NCBI GenBank assembly: GCA_964016885.1
Contig: OZ024742.1
Span: 348,502,001-348,566,000 of the forward strand
Length of the DNA: 64,000 nucleotides
From: Eledone cirrhosa
Lineage: Eukaryota
Reading direction: 5' to 3'
This document shows positions 1 to 9,199 of this stretch, in pieces. A program made the position numbers and the translations under genes. The stretch's first letter is position 1. Every line of letters starts with the position of its first letter. Under the pieces are notes generated by a model that saw nothing but the letters and a program-made list of their open reading frames with translations, did no database searches and was not told the DNA's origin.

Positions 1-9
1 GGTTGAACA

Positions 10-28
10 GTTGAGTTGTTCTTGGAGA
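10..28 (+). repeat. Truncated 19-bp monomer (13-bp deletion), first of 10 copies
   Basis: GTTGAGTTGTTCT^TGGA(C/G)A starts at 10, 6653, 9200, 16258, 24244, 37351, 40218, 43629, 46496 and 49907. The undeleted counterpart GTTGAGTTGTTCTACTCAGGTGTGGCTGGACA starts at 13251, 20309, 60198 and 62788. Confidence 0.93.
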
Positions 29-1079
29 GCTAAGGTGTTCTACTCAAGTGTAGTTGGACATTTAAGGTGTTCTACTCAGGTGTAGTTGAACAGTTAAGGT
101 GTTCTATTCAGGTGTAGTTGAACAGTTAAGGTGTTCTATTCAGGTGTGGTTGGTTAGTTAAGGTGGTCTACTCAGGTGTAGATGGATAGTTAAGGTGTTC
201 TACTCAGGTGTAGATGGACAGTTAAGGTGTTCTACTCAGGTCTAGTTGGACAGTTAAGGTGTTCTACTCAGGTGTGGTTGAACAGTTAAGGTGTTCTACT
301 CAGGTGTGGGTGGACAGCTAAGGTGTTCTACGCAGGTGTGATTGGACAGTTAAGGTGTTCTACTCAGGTGTGGTTGGACAGCTAAGGTGTTCTACTCAGG
401 TGTAGATGGACAGTTAAGGTGTTCTACTCAGGTGTGGTTGGACAGGTAAGGTGTTCTACTCAGGTGTAGGTGGACAGTTAAGGTGTTCTACTGATGTGTG
501 GTTGGTTAGTTAAGGTGTTCTACTCAGGTGTAGTTGGACATTTAAGATGTTCTACGCAGGTGTAGTTGGACAGTTAATGTGTTCTCCTCATGTGTGATTG
601 GACAGTTAAGGTGTTCTACTGATGCGTGGTTGGTTAGTTAAGGTGTTCTATTCAGGTGTAGTTGGACAGTTAAGGTGTTCTACTCAGGTGTAGTTGGACA
701 GTTAAGGTGTTCTACTCAGGTGTAGTTGGACAGTTAAGGTGTTCTACTCAGGTGTGATTGGACAGTTAAGGTGTTCTACTCAGGTGTAGTTGGACAGTTA
801 AGGTGTTCTCCTGATGTGTGGTTGGTTAGTTAAGGTGTTCTACTCAGGTGTAGTTGGACATTTAAGATGTTCTACGCAGGTGTAGTTGGACAGTTAATGT
901 GTTCTCCTCATGTGTGATTGGACAGTTAAGGTGTTCTACTGATGCGTGGTTGGTTAGTTAAGGTGTTCTATTCAGGTGTAGTTGGACAGTTAAGGTGTTC
1001 TACTCAGGTGTAGTTGGACAGTTAAGGTGTTCTACTCAGGTGTAGTTGGACAGTTAAGGTGTTCTACTCAGGTGTGATT

Positions 1080-4000
1080 GGACAGTTAAGGTGTCCTACT
1101 CAGGTGTGGTTGAACAGTTAAGGTTTTCTACTCAGGTGTAGTTGGACAGTTAAGGTGTTCTATTCAGGTGTGGTTGAACAGTTAAGGTGTTCTACTGATG
1201 CGTGGTTGGACAGTTAAGGTGTTCTACTCAGGTGTAGTTGAACAGTTAAGGTGTTCTACTCAGGTGTAGTTGGACCGTTAAGGTGTTCTACTCAGGTGTG
1301 GTTGAACAGTTAAGGTGTTCTACTGATGTGTGGTTGGACAGTTAAGGTGTTCTACTCAGGTGTAGTTTGACAGTTAAGGTATTCTACTCAGGTGTGGTTG
1401 GACAGTTAAGGTGTTCTACTGATATGTGGTTGGACAGTTAAGGTGTTCTACTGATATGTGGTTGGTTAGTTAAGGTGTACTACTCAGGTGAAGTTGAACA
1501 GTTAAGGTGTTCTATTTAGGTGTAGTTGGACAGTTAAGGTGTTCTACTCAGGTGTGGTTGAACAGTTAATGTGTTCTACTGAGGTGTAGTTGGACAGTTA
1601 AGGTGTTCTATTCAGGTGTTGTTGAACAGTTAAGGTGTTCTACTGATGTGTGGTTGGACAGTTAAGGTGTTCTACTCAGGTGTAGTTGAACAGTTAAGGT
1701 GTTCTACTCAGGTGTGTTTGGACAGTTAAGGTGTTCTATTCAGGTGTGGTTGAACAGTTAAGGTGTTCTACTGATGTGTGGTTGGACAGTTAAGATGTCC
1801 TACTCAGATGTAGTTGAACAGTTAAGGTGTTCTATTCAGGTGTGGTTGAACAGTTAAAGTGTTCTACTCAGGTGTAGTTGGACAGTTAAGGTGTTCTACT
1901 CAGGTGTAGTTGGACAGTTAAGGTGTTCTACTGGTGTGTGGTTGGTTAGTTAAGGTGTTCTACTCATGTGTAGTTGGACATTTAAGGTGTTCTATTCAGG
2001 TGTAGTTTGACAGTTAAGGTATTCTACTCAGGTGTGGTTGGACAGTTAAGGTGTTCTACTGATATGTGGTTGGACAGTTAAGGTGTTCTACTGATATGTG
2101 GTTGGTTAGTTAAGGTGTTCTACTCAGGTGAAGTTGAACAGTTAAGGTGTTCTATTCAGGTGTAGTCGGACAGTTAAGGTGTTCTACTCAGGTGTGGTTG
2201 AACAGTTAATGTGTTCTACTGAGGTGTGTTTGGACAGTTAAGGTGTTCTATTCAGGTGTGGTTGAACAGTTAAGGTGTTCTACTGATGTGTGGTTGGACA
2301 GTTAAGGTGTTCTACTCAGGTGTAGTTGAACAGTTAAGGTGTTCTACTCAGGTGTGTTTGGACAGTTAAGGTGTTCTACTGATGTGTGGTTGAACAGTTA
2401 AGGTGGTCTACTCAGGTGTAGTTGGACATTTAAGGTGTTCTATTCAGGTGTAGTTGGACAGTTAAGTTGTTCTACTGATGCGTGGTTGGTTAGTTAAGGT
2501 GTTATAATCAGGTGTGGTTGGACAGTTAAGGTGTTCTACTCATGTGTAGTTGAACAGTTAAGGTGTTCTATTCAGGTGTGGTTGGTTAGTTAAGGTGTAC
2601 TATTCAGGTGTGGTTGGTTAGTTAAGGTGGTCTACTCAGGTGTAGATGGACAGTTAAGGTGTTCTACTCAGGTGTGGTTGGTTACTTAAGGTGGTCTACT
2701 CAGGTGTAGATGGACAGTTAACGTGTTCTACTGATGTGTGGTTGGTTAGTTAAGGTGTTCTACTCAGGTGTAGTTGAACAGTTAAGGTGTTCTACTCAGC
2801 TGTGGTTGGACAATTAAGGTGTTCTACTGATGTGTGGTTAGTTAGTTAAGGTGTTCTACTCAGGTGTATTTGGACAGTTAAGGTGTTCTACTCAGGTGTG
2901 GTTGGACAGTTAAGATGTTCTACTGATGTGTGGTTGGTTAGTTAAGGTGTTCTACTCAGGTGTGGTTGGACAGTTAAGGTGTTCTACTCAGGTGTGGTTG
3001 GACAGCTAAGGTGTTCTATTCTGGTGTAGTTGGACAGTTAAGGTGTTCTATTCAGGTGTAGTTGGACAGTTAAGGTGTTCTACTCAGGTGTAGTTGGACA
3101 GTTAAGGTGTTCTTCTGATGTGTGGTTGGTTAGTTAAGGTGTTCTACTCAGGTGTAGTTGGACAGTTAAAGTGTTCTACTCAGCTGTGGTTGGACAGTTA
3201 AGATGTTCTACTGATGTGTGGTTGGTTAGTTAAGGTGTTCTACTCAGGTGTAGTTGGACATTTAAGGTGTTCTATTCAGGTGTAGTTGGACAGTTAAGGT
3301 GTTCTACTCAGGTGTGGTTGAACAGTTAAGGTGTTCTACTCAGGTGTAGTTGAACAGTTAAGGTGTTCTACTCAGGTGTGGTTGGACAGTTAAGGTGTTC
3401 TACTCAGCTGTGGTTGAACAGTTAAGGTATTCTACTAAGGTGTAGTTGGACAGTTAAGGTGTTCTATTCAGGTGTGGTTGAACAGTTAAGGTGTTCTACT
3501 CAGGTGTAGTTGGACAGTTAAGGTGTTCTATTCAGGTGTGGTTGGACAGTTAAGGTGTTCTACTCAGGTGTAGTTGAACAGTTAAGGTGTTCTATTCAGG
3601 TGTAGTTGGACAGTTAAGGTGTTCTTCTCAGGTGTGGTTGAACAGTTAAGGTTTTCTACTCAGGTGTAGTTGGCCAGTTAAGGTGTTCTATTCAGGTGTG
3701 GTTGAACAGTTAAGGTGTTCTACTGATGCGTGGTTGGACAGTTAAGGTGTTCTACTCAGGTGTAGTTGAACAGTTAAGGTGTTCTACTCAGGTGTAGTTG
3801 GACAGTTAAGGTGTTCTATTCAGGTGTGGTTGAACAGTTAAGGTGTTCTATTCAGGTGTGGTTGGTTAGTTAAGGTGGTCTACTCAGGTGTAGATGGACA
3901 GTTAAGGTGTTCTACTCAGGTGTGGTTGGTTACTTAAGGTGGTCTACTCAGGTGTAGATGGACAGTTAAGGTGTTCTACTCAGGTGTGGTGGGACAGTTA

Positions 4001-5700
4001 AGATGTTCTACTGATGTGTGGTTGGTTAGTTAAGGTGTTCTACTCAGGTGTGGTTGGACAGTTAAGGTGTTCTACTCAGGTGTGGTTGGACAGCTAAGGT
4101 GTTCTATTCTGGTGTAGTTGGACAGTTAAGGTGTTCTATTCAGGTGTAGTTGGACAGTTAAAGTGTTCTACTCAGGTGTAGTTGGACAGTTAAGGTGTTC
4201 TTCTGATGTTTGGTTGGTTAGTTAAGGTGTTCTACTCAGGTGTAGTTGGACAGTTAAAGTGTTCTACTCAGCTGTGGTTGGACAGTTAAGATGTTCTACT
4301 GATGTGTGGTTGGTTAGTTAAGGTGTTCTACTCAGGTGTAGTTGGACATTTAAGGTGTTCTATTCAGGTGTAGTTGGACAGTTAAGGTGTTCTACTCAGG
4401 TGTGGTTGAACAGTTAAGGTGTTCTACTCAGGTGTAGTTGAACAGTTAAGGTGTTCTACTCAGGTGTGGTTGGACAGTTAAGGTGTTCTACTCAGGTGTG
4501 GTTGAACAGTTAAGGTGTTCTACTCAGGTGTAGTTGGACAGTTAAGGTGTTCTATTCAGGTGTAGTTGGACAGTTAAGGTGTCCTACTCAGGTGTGGTTG
4601 AACAGTTAAGGTTTTCTACTCAGGTGTAGTTGGACAGTTAAGGTGTTCTATTCAGGTGTGGTTGAACAGTTAAGGTGTTCTACTGATGCGTGGTTGGACA
4701 GTTAAGGTGTTCTACTCAGGTGTAGTTGAACAGTTAAGGTGTTCTACTCAGGTGTAGTTGGACCGTTAAGGTGTTCTATTCAGGTGTGGTTGAACAGTTA
4801 AGGTGTTCTACTGATGTGTGGTTGGACAGTTAAGGTGTTCTACTCAGGTGTAGTTTGACAGTTAAGGTATTCTACTCAGGTGTGGTTGGACAGTTAAGGT
4901 GTTCTACTGATATGTGGTTGGACAGTTAAGGTGTTCTACTGATATGTGGTTGGTTAGTTAACGTGTTCTACTCAGGTGAAGTTGAACAGTTAAGGTGTTC
5001 TATTTAGGTGTAGTTGGACAGTTAAGGTGTTCTACTCAGGTGTGGTTGAACAGTTAATGTGCTCTACTGAGGTGTAGTTGGACAGTTAAGGTGTTCTATT
5101 CAGGTGTTGTTGAACAGTTAAGGTGTTCTACTGATGTGTGGTTGGACAGTTAAGGTGTTCTACTCAGGTGTAGTTGAACAGTTAAGGTGTTCTACTCAGG
5201 TGTGTTTGGACAGTTAAGGTGTTCTATTCAGGTGTGGTTGAACAGTTAAGGTGTTCTACTGATGTGTGGTTGGACAGTTAAGATGTCCTACTCAGATGTA
5301 GTTGAACAGTTAAGGTGTTCTATTCAGGTGTGGTTGAACAGTTAAAGTGTTCTACTCAGGTGTAGTGGGACAGTTAAGGTGTTCTACTCAGGTGTAGTTG
5401 GACAGTTAAGGTGTTCTACTGGTGTGTGGTTGGTTAGTTAAGGTGTTCTACTCATGTGTAGTTGGACATTTAAGGTGTTCTATTCAGGTGTAGTTTGACA
5501 GTTAAGGTATTCTACTCAGGTGTGGTTGGACAGTTAAGGTGTTCTACTGATATGTGGTTGGACAGTTAAGGTGTTCTACTGATATGTGGTTGGTTAGTTA
5601 AGGTGTTCTACTCAGGTGAAGTTGAACAGTTAAGGTGTTCTATTCAGGTGTAGTTGGACAGTTAAGGTGTTCTACTCAGGTGTGGTTGAACAGTTAATGT
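1080..5700 (+). repeat. Left-flank block duplication at a 3,488-bp offset (109 monomers), each copy containing a 640-bp (20-monomer) internal duplication
   Basis: GTGTCC..GGTTTTC occurs at 1091 and 4579. GACCGTT occurs at 1273 and 4761. TGTAGTTTGA occurs at 1361/2001 and 4849/5489. Boundaries are approximate. Confidence 0.85.
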
Positions 5701-8700
5701 GTTCTACTGAGGTGTAGTTGGACAGTTAAGGTGTTCTATTCAGGTGTTGTTGAACAGTTAAGGTGTTCTACTGATGTGTGGTTGGACAGTTAAGGTGTTC
5801 TACTCAGGTGTAGTTGAACAGTTAAGGTGTTCTACTCAGGTGTGTTTGGACAGTTAAGGTGTTCTATTCAGGTGTGGTTGAACAGTTAAGGTGTTCTACT
5901 GATGTGTGGTTGGACAGTTAAGATGTCCTACTCAGATGTAGTTGGACAGTTAAGGTGTTCTACTCAGGCGTAGTTGGACAGTTAAGGTGTTCTACTGATA
6001 TGTGGTTGGTTAGTTAAGGTGTTCTACTCAGGTGAAGTTGGACATTTAAGGTGTTCTATTCAGGTGTAGTTGTACAGTTAAGGTGTTCTATTCAGGTGTG
6101 GTTGAACAGTTAAGGTGTTCTATTCAGGTGTGGTTGGACAGTTAAAGTGGTCTACTCAGGTGTGGTTGGTTAGTTAAGGTGTTCTACTCAGGTGTAGTTG
6201 ATCAGTTAAGGTGTTCTATTCAGGTGTAGTTGGACAGTTAAGGTGGTCTACTCAGGTGTAGTTGGACAGTTAAGGTGTTCTACTGATGTGTGGTTGGTTA
6301 GTTAAGGTGTTCTACTCAGGTGTAGTTGAACAGTTAAGGTGTTCTGCTCAGCTGTGGTTGGACAGTTAAGGTGTTCTACTGATGTGTGGTTGGTTAGTTA
6401 AGGTGTTCTACTCAGGTGTAGTTGGACAGTTAAGGTGTTCTACTCAGGTGTGGTTGGACAGTTAACTTGTTCTACTGATGTGTGTTTGGTTAGTTAAGGT
6501 GTTCTACTCAGGTGTGGTTGAACAGTTGAGCTGTTCTACTCAGGTGTGGCTGGACAGCTAAGGTGTTCTACTCAGGTGTGGTTGGACAGTTAAGGTGTTC
6601 TACTGATGTGTGTTTGGTTAGTTAAGGTGTTCTACTCAGGTGTGGTTGAACAGTTGAGTTGTTCTTGGACAGCTAAGGTGTTCTACTCAAGTGTAGTTGG
6701 ACATTTAAGGTGTTCTACTCAGGTGTAGTTGAACAGTTAAGGTGTTCTATTCAGGTGTAGTTGAACAGTTAAGGTGTTCTATTCAGGTGTGGTTGGTTAG
6801 TTAAGGTGGTCTACTCAGGTGTAGATGGATAGTTAAGGTGTTCTACTCAGGTGTAGATGGACAGTTAAGGTGTTCTACTCAGGTCTAGTTGGACAGTTAA
6901 GGTGTTCTACTCAGGTGTGGTTGAACAGTTAAGGTGTTCTACTCAGGTGTGGGTGGACAGCTAAGGTGTTCTACGCAGGTGTGATTGGACAGTTAAGGTG
7001 TTCTACTCAGGTGTGGTTGGACAGCTAAGGTGTTCTACTCAGGTGTAGATGGACAGTTAAGGTGTTCTACTCAGGTGTGGTTGGACAGGTAAGGTGTTCT
7101 ACTCAGGTGTAGGTGGACAGTTAAGGTGTTCTACTGATGTGTGGTTGGTTAGTTAAGGTGTTCTACTCAGGTGTAGTTGGACATTTAAGATGTTCTACGC
7201 AGGTGTAGTTGGACAGTTAATGTGTTCTCCTCATGTGTGATTGGACAGTTAAGGTGTTCTACTGATGCGTGGTTGGTTAGTTAAGGTGTTCTATTCAGGT
7301 GTAGTTGGACAGTTAAGGTGTTCTACTCAGGTGTAGTTGGACAGTTAAGGTGTTCTACTCAGGTGTAGTTGGACAGTTAAGGTGTTCTACTCAGGTGTGA
7401 TTGGACAGTTAAGGTGTTCTACTCAGGTGTAGTTGGACAGTTAAGGTGTTCTCCTGATGTGTGGTTGGTTAGTTAAGGTGTTCTACTCAGGTGTAGTTGG
7501 ACATTTAAGATGTTCTACGCAGGTGTAGTTGGACAGTTAATATGTTCTCCTCATGTGTGATTGGACAGTTAAGGTGTTCTACTGATGCGTGGTTGGTTAG
7601 TTAAGGTGTTCTATTCAGGTGTAGTTGGACAGTTAAGGTGTTCTACTCAGGTGTAGTTGGACAGTTAAGGTGTTCTACTCAGGTGTAGTTGGACAGTTAA
7701 GGTGTTCTACTCAGGTGTGATTGGACAGTTAAGGTGTTCTACTCAGGTGTAGTTGGACAGTTAAGGTGTTCTACTCAGGTGTGATTGGACAGTTAAAGTG
7801 TTCTACTCAGATGTGGTTGGACAGTTAATATGTTCTACTGATGTGTGGTTGGTTAGTTAAGGTGTTCTACTCAGGTGTAGTTGAACAGTTAAGGTGTTCT
7901 ACTCAGCTGTGGTTGGACAGTTAAGGTGTTCTACTCAGGTGTGGTTGGACAGTTAAGGTGTTCTACTCAGGTGTAGTTGGACGGTTAAGGTGTTCTCCTG
8001 ATGTGTGGTTGGTTAGTTAAGGTGTTCTACGCAGGTGTAGTTGGACAGTTAAAGTGTTCTACTCAGATGTGGTTGGACAGTTAAGATGTTCTACTGATGT
8101 GTGGTTGGTTAGTTAAGGTGTTCTACTCAGGGGTAGTTGAACAGTTAAGGTGTTCTACTCAGCTGTGGTTGGACAGTTAAGGTGTTCTACTGATGTGTGG
8201 TTGAACAGTTAAGGTGCTCTACTCAGGTGTAGTTGGACATTTAAGGTGTTCTATTCAGGTGTAATTGGACAGTTAAGGTGTTCTACTGATGTGTGGTTGG
8301 TTAGTTAAGGTGTTCTAATCAGGTGTGGTTGGACAGTTAAGGTGTTCTACTCATGTGTAGTTGAACAGTTAAGGTGTTCTATTCAGGTGTGGTTGGTTAG
8401 TTAATTTGTTCTATTCAGGTGTGGTTGGTTAGTTAAGGTGGTCTACTCAGGTGTAGATGGACAGTTTAGGTGTTCGACTCAGGTGTGGTTGGTTATATAA
8501 GGTGGTCTACTCAGGTGTAGATGGACAGTTAACGTGTTCTACTGATATGTGGTTGGTTAGTTAAGGTGTTCTACTCAGGTGTAGTTGAACAGTTAATGTG
8601 TTCTACTCAGCTGTGGTTGGACAATTAAGGTGTTCTACTGATGTGTGGTTAGTTAGTTAAGGTGTTCTACTCAGGTGTAGTTGGACAGTTAAAGTGGTCT

Positions 8701-9199
8701 ACTCAGGTGTGGTTGGTTAGTTAAGGTGTTCTACTCAGGTGTAGTTGATCAGTTAAGGTGTTCTATTCAGGTGTAGTTGGACAGTTAAGGTGGTCTACTC
8801 AGGTGTAGTTGGACAGTTAAGGTGTTCTACTGATGTGTGGTTGGTTAGTTAAGGTGTTCTACTCAGGTGTAGTTGAACAGTTAAGGTGTTCTGCTCAGCT
8901 GTGGTTGGACAGTTAAGGTGTTCTACTGATGTGTGGTTGGTTAGTTAAGGTGTTCTACTCAGGTGTAGTTGGACAGTTAAGGTGTTCTACTCAGGTGTGG
9001 TTGGACAGTTAACTTGTTCTACTGATGTGTGTTTGGTTAGTTAAGGTGTTCTACTCAGGTGTGGTTGAACAGTTGAGCTGTTCTACTCAGGTGTGGCTGG
9101 ACAGCTAAGGTGTTCTACTCAGGTGTGGTTGGACAGTTAAGGTGTTCTACTGATGTGTGTTTGGTTAGTTAAGGTGTTCTACTCAGGTGTGGTTGAACA

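Noticed and set aside
87-105. Steroid-receptor response element (GAACA..TGTTCT)
   Set aside because: The half-site TGTTCT is present, but the inverted partner is 7 bp away rather than the required 3 bp.
443-450. Splice-donor-like CAGGTAAG
   Set aside because: It arises from a single T>G substitution in the monomer. There is no exon, ORF or polypyrimidine acceptor context.
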